Assembly (NCBI GenBank): GCA_965112735.1
Contig: OZ218959.1
Location: forward strand, 2,480,001-2,544,000
Length of the DNA stretch: 64,000 nt
Direction of reading: 5' to 3'
From: Phaeosaccion multiseriatum
Taxonomy: Eukaryota; Protista; Ochrophyta, other classes
A program made the position numbers and the translations under genes. Below are positions 23,801 through 35,615 of the stretch, piece by piece (position 1 is the stretch's first letter; each line of letters begins with the position of its first letter). The notes beneath the pieces were generated by a model. It saw only the letters and a list, made by a program, of their open reading frames with translations. It did no database searches and had not been told where the DNA came from.

Positions 23801-24400
23801 TGTGTGGATTTGAGTGTGGCTCTGTACACCTGCCCCAGGGAGGCGGCGGCAACAGGCTTGTCGAACACCGATACATGGGCATGCACATTCTCCAGTTTGT
23901 CCCCGAGCCATGTCCTGCTTAAGGCACTCGTCGTTGAAGAAGCCCGTCAGCGTCTGCATGACAGTGAAGGTGCCGAGCACCGCCAAGAGCCCCACGGCCA
24001 TCTGCGCCATCTCCGCAGGGAGTCCAATCGCGGTGAAGAAGCCTTCCGCCATGTGCAGGGCGGGGCGCAGCAATTCCTCGGCGACCTTGGCCACACTCTC
24101 CGTGGTTTCCAGCATGGCGTGGGTGACGGGGTTGGCGGCAAGCGCGTCTGTCACCATGTGGCCCATGCGCTCCGCAACGGCCGAGATGTGTCCCGTAACG
24201 GTTTGGTCGGCCATCTGCCCCAGTAGCTAAAGTTGCTCGTGGTGGAGCACGCTCAACAGGACGAGCGAGGCGTCGCCGGTCATGCCCTGATAGCCGTCCA
24301 CGTAGGCTGCCATCCTTTGCCCCACCTCGTCGACCATGTCGAAGCCCATGCCCAAGCCCCCCTCTGCCAGGCCCATGGAGAGCGCGGAGGAAGAGGTAAG
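23793..24400 (-). pseudogene. Disrupted fragment of an ABC1/ADCK (UbiB) atypical kinase gene
   Basis: LGDKLENV...FDKPVAAASLGQVYRATLKSTHGE matches the ABC1K A-rich loop. It is out of frame with the upstream coding-like segment, which has an in-frame TAG near 24226 (HEQL*LLGQ). No KxGQ, VAVKVQ or catalytic motifs are present nearby. Confidence 0.7.
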
Positions 24401-24551
24401 GTACTGCCGTCTTTGCTGCTCCTGCTTCTACTGCCTCCCATGCCACTTCCTCCAATGCTGCAATTTAGGCACCGTTTCACAGCAGCACTAGAACTTACCC
24501 AACCCCCACCAGCGCCAGTACTGCTCCCGCTCCTGCCACCCTAACCACTAG

Positions 24552-24779
24552 CTAGTCATGCCCTTCTCTCCCCCCGTCGCCCCCGCTGGCGCTGCTGGCG
24601 CTGCTACCGCTGCTGCCACTGCCAGTGTGTGGGTGGGTGGGTGGGTGGGTTGGAGGGTTGGGGGGGGTAGCAGTCCTGTCTGCCTTAGAGCTGGGAGGAA
24701 ATCGATGCGCCAAGTCGACATTAAGAACGGATGTGCTGAATCCTCTGCATACGCAGGTAAACCACCAAGCACCACCACC

Positions 24780-24831
<52 letters not shown>

Positions 24832-26322
24832 CCATCACTAGTCCTACTCACCGTTGTGGGCTTTTCCGCTGTGCGTCTACGAGGGCTTGTCTGAGTTGTG
24901 TCACCACGTCGCTAAGGGTACACGTGCACTGCCATGTGGAGGCGTCCAGCAGCCCCGCAGCCCCGGACAGCACTCGCCCCCCGGGGTCAACCAGTTCGGC
25001 CCAGTGGGCATGAAAGGCACTGCAAATCAGGCACGGGGGGGAGGAGAGGGGAGGGGAGGGGATGAGATTGGGAGAGGAGGGGCAAAAGAGAAGCAGCGGG
25101 GGGGTGGGAGGGGGAGGGGTGAGGGAGAGAGGGACAGCCAACACGAAGAGACCCAGCTGATATACTGTCCTGACCTGTCACAAACGAGCTGGGGGGGCTC
25201 GTGAGGGTAGAAGCGAGGGAATTGCATGTGGAAGGTCCTAGGAACAGGCCATTCCAGCAAGGGCAGATCCACGGGCACAGACACGGAGACGGGGGTGGGG
25301 GGAGGTGGGCGCGAGGAAGCGGGGGACGCCCCCAGGTCGCCCAGAAGGTCGAGCCGGATGCGGAGAGGGTCGCTTGTGATTCGAGTGAACCTAGGTCATT
25401 AGTCCCAAGGAGGAGGGTATTGGGACGGGACGCATCATTTGTTGCACCGGTTCGAGTGAGTTTCGGCAGCGGTAGTAGTCGTGGTATTAGAGGGAGCAGC
25501 AGCAGCAGCATCAGCATCAGCAGCAGCATCATCAGGGTATGGCGGCGCAGAGAAGGAGAGGGGAAGGGATTGGCCGTTGGTGCATGTTGTGAGGACTACA
25601 AACTCGTGTGGGAAAGCTCCTCCACGCCGACTTCTGACCTTACAATACCGAAAACTCCCTTCGTAGCCTATTTATACCGCTCCTTTTGGCCTGACTTTGC
25701 CACTCACATGACAATCCGTCTTCCACTCTTCCGCCCTTCCACAACTGACCATATCATAACACTGACCATACCATTGACCACACCATACCAACGACCGAAC
25801 CATACCACTGAGCCTGACAATGCCCCATGCACCTGACCTGACCATACCTCGGAGCTGACAATACACACTAATACCGTCTTCCTTCCAATACGGCGGACCT
25901 AAATGCCGCCTTCCACACTACACCACTGATCCTGACAATACAATTACTGTCTTTTAAAGTAGCGCTAACCTGACAATGCCGTTCTCCACGAGCTTCTCAC
26001 ACTGCTGGAGATCCTTTTTGAGGCGCAACTCGCCAGGAGATACGGTGATGCGGACTTTCTTCAGCGTCTCCTCCAGGGAGCAGTCGGCCTCGTGGTCCCG
26101 TCTTTGATAGTAGAGGAGGGAAGGGAAACACAGAGTGGACAAAGACAAGAGAAGGCCGAGAAGGCCGAGTGGGGTATACGCGAGAAGACAGCAGCAGCAG
26201 GGGTGAAGCGAAGGTGAAAACTGAGGGGGGGGAGGGGGAGACGCTGGTGCAGCTCGATACGCTCACCTTCGTTTCCGGGCAGCTACTACATCTCCTTGTA
26301 CGTCCATACCATCGCGCTCCAT
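24552..26322 (-). CDS. Ubiquitin-conjugating (E2/UEV-like) fold protein lacking the catalytic Cys
   Basis: Exons 26322-26267, 26101-25970, 25390-25175, 25019-24852 and 24618-24552 splice in frame. Motifs: VSPGELRLKKDL (Ubc12-like helix 1), FHMQFPRFYPHEPPQL, and VDPGGRVL...W...TLSDVVTQLRQAL. Confidence 0.7.
25690..25945. repeat. Degenerate intronic repeat (CTGACCATACC / CTGACAATAC units)
   Basis: The motif recurs many times with variation. Confidence 0.55.
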
Positions 26323-26711
26323 GTGTGTACGTTTCCCGCTTTCCCTTCCCCTCTTTTCCCCTCCTCCCTTCTCAGCTTCTGCGGCTGCTCTTTCTGCTGC
26401 TGCTGCTGCTACTACGGCGGCGGCTGCTGCTGCTGCACTGATGCGCGGGTACTGATGCTATTGGATGGATCATTGGCGGGGGGTGGTTGCCGTGGTGTAA
26501 AAGAGGGAGGAAGAGCAGAAAAAATAAAAGAGGCAGCCAGCTGTGAGAAAAGCTAAGAACCAACACGCCAGGCAGGGCGGCGCACCGATAATCGCGCACC
26601 AGGAAGGAGAAGATATAAGAAAAGAAGAGAAGAGCAGCAACTTCGATTGATTCGATCTGATCATCTCTCATCGATCTCTCGTCAGACTGCTCCTCGAACA
26701 AATGTTCTGAA

Positions 26712-29367
26712 ATGGATTCCTTGATCGATCTCACGGAAGAAGAGGAATCACCTGCTCCTGCTTCTCCCGGGCCGGCCGGAGGGAAGAGGAGGCGCGATGC
26801 ACTGCAGGAGGCGTCGTGGGGCTGCCTAGGTCGCACCTACCGCCACGAACCCGGGCCGGTTGGAGGGAAGAGGAGGCGCGAGGCCTTCCGTGGGCCACTG
26901 ACCCCATCGCCCCGGATGCCTCATCCACGGACCGACTCAACAATGGAAGCGCACTACGAGCAGACGACGCGACCCCATGGTTCATTTAGTCATCGCGCAA
27001 AACTGATGCTCAAGACGCGGATTGCGAACACTGCGAAGCTGTCGTCGCACACGTCGGGTCGGAGGGTCTTCATTCGTACGACGGCCACGGATATCGATGA
27101 TTCAAAGTGGGAAAAAAGCAAGTACATTTATAATCTCAACCTGTTTTAGGACATTAGCGCACTCGAATACCTTGGCAACGAACCTCCTCTGCTTCTTGTG
27201 ATATCCCGACCGCTCATCCCCGGTGCGCTCCCACTGCTTTGCTCCTCTGCCTCCTCTGCCACAACAGAAAAGGTCAACCCCCGAGTGGGCCGCTTCCAGG
27301 AGAACGTCCCCGGCAGCGACTTCGTTGCCATCCGCAAATGGCCCTACAGCGGGACGTGGGCAGAGAAGAACAATAGGAACAAGGGCTTCAACGAGCTGAT
27401 GCACGCCGAACACGAGGTAAGCAGGACAGGGTGGATCCTCCTGCGCCCAACCCACCACCCACCCTGTATTTGGAGCGTATATAACGTCTTCTTCTTTGTA
27501 CACACGAACAACCAACCGCTTCGTCTATCCATATACGAAAACACCCACCGTCTTAGGTTCTATTCGATGACATGCTGGCCTCGCGCGACGGACATGTGGT
27601 GGTGGCTGCAGTGGCGAAGGCGGGCTTCTTCTGCTGCGCGCCCTGCATCAGAACCATGGTGGAGCTCTCGCACTTGCTCTGCAACAGCTTCATCATGGAA
27701 GACAAGGCAGAGGAGGGGACCAAGGCAGGAAGCCTTCTTTTCTTCTTCGGTGGAGGTATATCAGTCCTACGCGTGTGTACTGTATGAAGGGGCGGGGCGG
27801 GGTGGGGGCTTGCACATCCATTTGTCCTGTGTACGCAAGCACAGGGGCCCAACCCCTCTTCTCCTCTTGTCGTCACTGATCTGTCGCCCCTCCCTCCCTC
27901 CCTCCCTCCCTCTCCTTCCCTCCCTCCCTCTCTCCCTCTCTCCCTCCCTCCCTCCCTCCCTCCCTCTCCTTCCCTCCCTCCCTCTCTCCCTCCGCTCCCT
28001 CCCTCCTCTCCCTCCCTCCTCTCCCTCCCTCCTCTCCTCTCCCTCCTCTCCTCTCCTCTCCTCTCCTCTCCTCTCCCTCCCTCCATCCCTCCCTCCCTCC
28101 CTCCCTCCCTCCTCTCCCTCCTCTCCCTCCTCTCCCTCCCTCCTCTCCTTCCTCTTCCTCCCTCCCTCCCTCCCTCCCTGACAGAGCTCATGGCCGTCAA
28201 GAAGACCGCTCTACAGTCCCATGAGCTCGATCGCCTCAAGAACTTCATCATAACCGCTGTACGGCAGCAGAGGGAGCCAAGCGTCCTTCTGAAGAAGCTG
28301 CGGCAGGAGCTGCGGAGCATGCGTGGCGCCGGGAGGGATGTTACCGAGCTCTTGGACAGGTAGGGAGGAGGGAGGGAGAACCAGTCGGATCAGTCGGATC
28401 AGTCGGATGGCAGTGGATGTTTGTGCTTGCGCTTAACTTTGCGTTACACCCCTTCCTTCCGTCTCCCGTCTGTTCCGTCTCCCTTCTCCGCCCCCTCCCT
28501 CCTCTCCTCCTCCTCCTCCCCGCTCTCCTCACCCCTTTTGCCCCTTCTCGTCCCCGCCTGTCCCTCAACTCTCCGATACGCTACACTGGCTCGCGTCCTT
28601 TCCTCGCCCCCCTCAGGTGGGCCCCCACCTTCTATGGCAACGCTATGATGGGGCTCTTGCCCGCCGGATGTCTGAAGAACACGACCGAGGCCGAGAAGGA
28701 GCTGCTACTGGACTACGTCTATTGCCACTACTTTAGCAATCTCTCCGCCGAGTATGGTCAGTGCGGCATCCGAACTGCAGCGAGCAGTAAGGGAGGTCAT
28801 GGGGGGTGCCGACCACACAGCCCACCGCACAGCCAGGACATACGCAAGTACAGCCGAGCATCGGACTCGAGCAACAGCAACAGCGGCAAGGTGTCAGCTT
28901 GTGGTGGTGGTGGAGGAGGAGGAGGAGGAGGAGGAGGAGGAGGAGGAGGAGGAGGAGGAGGAGGAGGAGGAGGAGGAGGAGAAGGAGGAGGAGGAGGGGG
29001 GGGGGCTCTTGGTAGGCCGGGGCAGGGGAGGACGAGGTGGAGGCAAGAAGGCACGAAGGGGGACGAAGACGACGAGGCAATGTCTTTGACGCTGTGTCAG
29101 GAGGCCGTGCAGAGCATGAAGGAGGAGGCAAAGTCGAGAATGAAGGAGAGCCTGGAGCGCCTCCACGTGTCGTCCTTCTGCGGGCCCATGGAGCTGGATC
29201 AGCATGCGGAGGGACGGGTGACATGCCTTGAACTGTGCCAGCCTCAGTCTCTCCCGTCGGTGGAGGGTGAGGCCTCTGGACATGCGTCAGCGAGCGTCAG
29301 CCTCTCCCGTGGCGGTGGAGGAGTGGGTGTGGGGGCCGGGAAGGCGCGCTTGGGGAGCGGCTCTTGA
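26712..29367 (+). CDS. Candidate Zn-dependent deaminase-fold protein (HAE...CCAPC) with SIM-like and NLS-like motifs
   Basis: Exons 26712-27117, 27268-27416, 27557-27755, 28185-28359 and 28617-29367 splice in frame; the first intron is GC-AG. Exons 2+3 give HAEHEVLFDDMLASRDGHVVVAAVAKAGFFCCAPCIRTMVEL. The gene model is better supported than the functional call. Confidence 0.6.
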
Positions 29368-29930
29368 GCGCTTGAAGGAAGGAAGGAAGGAAGGGATAAG
29401 ACAAGGGAAGGAAAAGGAAGGGGGGGGGAGTCGACAGGGGATGGAACGCAGAGGGCAGAGTGCACAGGCAGATGAAGAGGGGACGGCTTGTCGAGGGGGG
29501 GGGCAAAGAGCTGGCGAGAGAAGGAGGGGAGGGACGGCTGTCGGTAAGGCAGCAGGGGTCCTCTCCATCTCTCTCTGTGTGTGTGCGCGTCTGCTTCCTC
29601 GCCTTATGTCGCTTTGCACCAAGGAGAAGGAGAGAACGATGTGTACATAGTCCGTGTAAACACACAAACAGGGACAGATTGTGAATAATGGGGGGCTAAA
29701 AGGGCCCCTACCAATCTTTTTTTTTCTTCTTCTTGTGAGTAAAACTAATAAGTAAGGAAAGGAGTTGTGACGAGCAGAAGGGTTTCTGTGTATGGCCGCG
29801 TACCCCCCATCAGCCCGACCTGACCCCGGGGGGAAGCCTCTCGAGGTGCCGCCACTGCTCAGGCTGCTGTAGTACCAACCGCTGCTGCTGCTGCTGCTGC
29901 TGCCCATGGTGTATTACCAACTGCTAACTG

Positions 29931-29939
<9 letters not shown>

Positions 29940-29965
<26 letters not shown>

Positions 29966-32727
29966 CGTGTGTCGCTGGGGGGTCAAAAGGCGTTTGCCCT
30001 CCAATAACGTGGCCCAAGTCGTCCACTTTGAGATTTGTCTTGGGCTTCCTGCCGGTCTGCGAGTCCCAGTAAGGCCCGGACAGATTGTTCTCGGTAGGGG
30101 GCCACTCTTCCTCGAAGGGCACCCAGTCTAACGTCCCGCAGCGGTTCCCTGTGACCTGTCGTTGTTCGTGTGGTAGTGGCGGTGGTGGTAGTGGTGGTGG
30201 TGGTGGTGGTGATGGTGGTGGAGGAGGAGGAGGAGGAGGAGGAGGAGGAGGAGGAGGAGGAGGAGGGATGAGGTGGTTGAGGTGGGTTAAGCCGGGGGTG
30301 GGGGGTGAAGAAAGGAAGGACGGAAGAAAGACAGGAAGAGGGTTAAGTAGGTAGGTTGGAGGGAAGGAAGGAAGGAAGGAAGGAAGGAAGGAAGGAAGAA
30401 CGGGGAGGAAGAAGAAAGTTGTACGCAGGCCAATACTTAAAATGTCGTTTCCAGTGCACCATGACCAGTCATTCTTACCTCTGGAACGGACAGGTCGGCC
30501 CCGATAAACTCCTGATACTGCTCCATCGATCGCTTGTTGCCCAGTCCGTAGAGGCCTAGTGAGGCCTTTGCCTCGGGACCCTCCTGTCCTCCAGGCATGC
30601 CGAGGAGGGTGAGGAGGCGGACGTGCCCCTTCTCTCGCATGCCCTTCTCGAGGACCTTGGCGTTCTGGTTCCAGCTGGGGGGGGAGAGAAAGAGGAGGAT
30701 GGAGGTGGTGGTGGAGGAGGATGGAGGTGGTGGAGGAGGAGGAGGAGGAGGAGGAGGAGGAGGAGGAGGAGGAGGAGGATGGAGGAGGAGAATGGAGGGG
30801 GTTGGGGGGATGAGGAGGGGGAGGAGGATGATGGAGCGGGGTGGGGAGAGCAAAGAATGAATGACCATGTTCGCCGCTTCATCTTGCGCACCATGCGCAG
30901 GACGGGACGAGCTCCTTAAATTCCACACTATCGCCGCACTGCTCCTGCTCTGGCCTGTTCTGGCCTGCTCTGCTCTGCCCTGCCCATACGCCTCTGCTCT
31001 GCTCTGCTCTTGTTCTGCCCATATGCCTCTGCTATGCGCTGCTCTGTCCACCCAAATGTGTGTCTCTCTGCACCCCAACGCCCTCTCTCTTCCCCCACCC
31101 ATACGCCTTTGCTCTGCTTTACTTCGCTCACCTCATCGCGGCTGGCCCGACCTTAACCCCGTCGTAGTCATGCCCCACGAGGCTTTGGTCGGGAGTGTAC
31201 ATATCATACCCTCTTGTCCATAACCGCGCCGCCATACTCGACTCCTCGCCATCAAACACAAACTTCAAATTGGGATCGTAGGGCACGGCCTTCCACGCAT
31301 GACACTTGGCGAAACTGTAGCCTGCCGCCCACCCCATTGTGAGTTTCGGCTTGTTGAGACGCATGGCCATTTTGGCCTGTGAGTAGCGAGGGTTTCCGCT
31401 GGAAGTGAACTCGACCTGACACAAGTGAGGCACTTGGCGGGCGGCGATGACCTTTTGGTCTGTGGCAGGCGGGTGGTATCGTGTTGTGTGTTGGCACGAT
31501 TCGCATGATGATGTGTGTGACAAATGTACACCGTGCTCACTTCATTCACCGCCCTCCCTCCCTCCCTCCCTCCCTCCCTCCCTCCCTCCCTCCCTCTCTC
31601 CCTCACCTGTCAACGTGACTATCCGATGCACATAGGTGGTGAGAATGCCGTACTCATTCGCCGCCCTCCCCCACATGAGCATGGCTCTTTCGTCCCAGTC
31701 CTGCACTACATCCATATGACTGTCTGTTTGCATGCAAAACTCCTCATCCCTCAGAGGGTAGTGCTGCATATGGCGGCCGAAGCAGGGCCCAGCCGCACGT
31801 GAGAAGTCGATACGGACCATGCGAACGTTGGAGGCAAAGGGGCAGTGGGAGAGGTCGCCATGTTTGCCAATGGGTGTGCCTCGGAGCTTGCAGTACTCCT
31901 CCAGGCAGTCCACATCCGCATCCTTGCCGTACTATTGTCGTGGTTGTGTCAGTGTCAGTGTGAGTGTGTGTGTGTGTGTGTGTATGGGAAAGGGGGGGGG
32001 GGGGAGGGTGGTAGGGTTTGTCAGCTTTGTCAGTCTCTTCATTTGCTCACACCCTCTGTACACAATACGTAGATGGAATACTGCGATCATCTCCCCTCAC
32101 CCAACCACCCAACCTCTCCCTCTTTCTTTCCCTCTCGCCCTCTCTGTCTCTCTTTCTGCCTTCTCTCCGCCCCCCCCCCCCCCCCGCTCTCTCTCTTTCC
32201 CTCGCTCTCTCTGTCTCCCTCCCTCTCTCTGTCTCCCACCTCGGCGTTTTGCTGCACCACGCCTATAAAGACCCTCTCTGGATGCTTCGCTTTGGAGAAG
32301 TAGTTATGGAGCGTGGCTGGGCAGCGGCTGTCTCGGAAGGAGCTAACCCCGATGTAGATGGAGGTGGCAGGGTCTTTCCAGGACTCGGTCTTGGGAGGGT
32401 ATGGGGCGGGACCTTAGGTGTGAGGGAGCGGCGGGGTTTGAATTAGTACCTGTCCTACTACTGCAGAGGGGAACAGGGGAGAAGTATTTACAGCTGGTTG
32501 CAATCAAGTGGTGGTGGGGAGCAGTAACAGCGACTGAGAGCAGTGCCCCCTCTCTTCCGCCCCCAAGCCTCTTCCCTCGCGTCAGCCCTCGCAGACCTAC
32601 CATGACCCTCCTCAATATTAAAGTAGGTCTGTCCGTCCCATGTTACGGGCCCTTTCTTATCAGGTGCTTCCGCTGCTTGTGCCGAAAGGACAAGCAGCAG
32701 GAGGCAGAGGAGGAGGAGGACGGCCAT
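29940..32727 (-). CDS. GT60 / Gnt1-like polypeptide N-acetylglucosaminyltransferase with signal peptide
   Basis: IYIGVSSFRDSRCPATL...KAKHPERVFIGVVQQ; GPCFGRH...MQTDSHMDVVQDWD (DSH motif); WAAGYSF...VPYDPNLKFVFDGEE...AARLWTRGYDMYTP. Confidence 0.88.
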
Positions 32728-33006
32728 GTTCCTTCTGGCGGCTGCTCGTGGCGCTCTTCTCCTCCCTCTATCCAAGCCTCTCTTCTGCGTGCTTCTTCTG
32801 CGGATACCCCAGCATCAAGGCCTGGACCACCTCGTCAAGACAAAGCCATCCCCTATACGGAGAGGCGCCTCGTCACTGACGGAGTTCTGTGAGGCGCTGT
32901 GAGGGAAAACCTAAAAGTAACGATTTCGTTTCCCCCCTCCTCCACTATCTCTTCCCCCCTCTTCCCCTCTCTAACATGGTGCCTTGATGTCGCAGGCAGT
33001 GTTCTG

Positions 33007-35580
33007 ATGAGCCCCTCTCGGCACGCACGCGGCCCTCTGCTGCAGGTGTTTGCAGAGGGGACGAGCGGAGGAAAGAGGAGGCCCCGGAGCAGCAGCAGCC
33101 CACGCTGTCGGACCTTCAAGAATGCACGTCTGGCGGCTTGCGGCGACGTAACAGCCATCGCGCATGGCCTCACGCGCGTTGTACTTTACCATCGAGGGCA
33201 ACCCGCTTCAAGTCTGGCCCTGCCAAGCGCGGCAGGTGATAGGATTGCCGCCATCGCTGTGACTGTAGTGTATGGAAGTGGGGAGGTTGGAGCCGTGGCG
33301 GTGGTATGCTGCTGTTCTACTGACGGGCTCCTTTGCTCATGGCAAATAACTCTCCCTGTCGGGTATGAGCAAGGAACCTCGGCAGCAAAGTCGGTCAGCA
33401 GTGCAGCCACGATTGCGGGACTCCCGACAGCAGTGGCAAGCGGAGGAGGAGGAGCACCAGAAGCAGCAGCAGCGCCAGTCAGCCACATGTGCTTAGATGC
33501 GTCCGGCCTCGTGGTTTCTCTATGCAGGGGGAGTGAGATTGAGGTAGTGACGCGGCTGGACGGGAGGCTCATCGCTGCCCTCCAGTGCCATCGAAGGCTC
33601 GTCACTTGCACGGCCTTTGGAGGAGCGGAACAGCACCTGGTGAGAACGCGGCAGTCTTCGATCATGCTGCCTCTGGACAAGGCGTCTGGGCTGTCTATAC
33701 TCGTTCCTCGCCTTCTCCTTTGAGTCGCGCACACGTGTGCATCACATCATACGCTTGCTGTGCCGTTTTTTTTCTCTCTCTCTCTCTTCTTTTTGTATCT
33801 GTCTCTCTGTATCTCCCTTCTCTCTCCCTCTCTTCTCTCTCTCACATATTCCTCTGCTTCCTCCCTCTCTTCCTTCCTCCACTTCGCCTCTCTGCTTCTG
33901 CCTACAGCTCTTCTCTTGTTCGGAGGACGGCACCTTCATCGCATGGAACCTCGCCCAGAGAAAGATGGCCTTCCAGTCCTCCATCCTCTGCAACTCAAGC
34001 ATCCTCACCCACATCACCGTCTCCTCAGCCTCCACAGCAACAATACCGGCCGCGGAAACCGTTGTGGTGGCCTCCTCGGATGGGCGAGTGTGGTACTTTG
34101 ACCTCTTGGTGGAGGGGGAGGAGGGGGAGGGGAGCGGCAGAGAAGGCGAGGGAGGAGTGACTTTGAGAGAAATTCATAGAATGAAGCTGGGCAGGGAGGT
34201 ATCGCGGTGGGAGCGTGCCAGACGTAGGGAGGAGATTGAAGCTGCCGCGGCAGCAGCAGATGGGACAAACTCACAAGCACATGGAGCAGGGGGCGGGTTG
34301 ATCATCAATAGCGAGAGTGGGGGCGGGGGGATGCCTGCAAGACAGCAGCAACCGCTTGAACCTTCGTACGCAAGTGTGGATGGCAGCAGATGCCCATCGC
34401 TTACAGGCGAGGATGCGCTGAACAGTGACCGAGTCGAGCTCAGCGTTGAGCCCTTGGCCCTTACCATCCTCCCACAGCCGCTGCAGCAGGAGGAGGGGAG
34501 AGGGAGAGGGAGAGGGAGAGGAGGTAGCGACACCGCCACTACCACTGCTGCTCCCGCCCCCTCTGCGGTTATTGTGGATGGGCGAATCTGCCGGCCTGGG
34601 GGAGCGGGAGCCCAACAGGGGCATCAGGGGCAGTTGGTGGTACGGCAGATAGCCTATGCGAGGGGTAGTTTGGTGATTGTCTCATCGGCAGCGCTTCTCA
34701 AGGTGGACCTGCACAGCTTCGGAGTGGAAGTGCTGCTCAAGTTTGTTGGGGTTGGAGCACACATACTCGACGACAGCAGCGGGGCACAACGAGGAGAACA
34801 AGAGGAACAAGAAGGAGACGAGGAGGACGAGGAGCTGGCGCAAGAGGGAGGGGGAGGGGGAGAGGCGCTCTTTTATGCGAATGGTGATGGCAATGATCAA
34901 CTTTGGCGAGGCAAGCAGGAGGGGGGCGAAATCGGGCTGATGCGAGGAGCAGCGGTGTGTACTCCACCTCTGTGGCACGGAGGTATTGGTGTCACGGTGG
35001 GGCTATGTAGCGCATTTGGGGGACGGGTGTGGTTCTACAACAGTGAAGGGTGGGGAGAAGGGGGTGGTGGTGGTGGTGGTGCTGCTGCTGCTGTCATGAG
35101 TGAGGGTGCATGCCGAGGAGGAGGTGGGGGGGGTGAGAGGGGCAGGCGGAGGAGGGGTGAGACGGGGCCAGAGTTTGCCCATGACGGGACTCCAGAGGTG
35201 CTGCTTGGCGACGATGAGGAGGGTGATGGTGGGGGGCATGTTGGTGCTCCAGAAGGAGGCAATGGCGACCACGGAGGGGTCGTCTCGTATGAGGTGGGGA
35301 CGCTGTCGCTGTTTCCTACAAGTGGAAGCTGTGCTGCCACCTCACGCGGCGGGGAGGAAGGATTGGGGCCCCACACCCAAGCAGGAGGAGGAGGAGGAGG
35401 AGGAGGAGGAGGAGGAGAGGGAGGAGGAGACGGGGGCAGGGGCGGCATCCCGCGCCATTCCCCCCTCACGAAAGAAATTGCCTCTCCGCAGGTGTCAGAT
35501 ATGTATCGAGGTCTTGTGGATGGCCAGAAGGGCTTTAGCAGCATGACTCGGAGGAGGGGCAGGAGCAGGGAAGCAGACAG

Positions 35581-35615
<35 letters not shown>

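Noticed and set aside
27147-27149. Stop-codon readthrough or TAG reassignment (also TAG near 24226)
   Set aside because: The first is explained by a GC-AG intron and the second lies in a frameshifted pseudogene. TAG terminates other genes normally (WDR27, the 61120 ORF).
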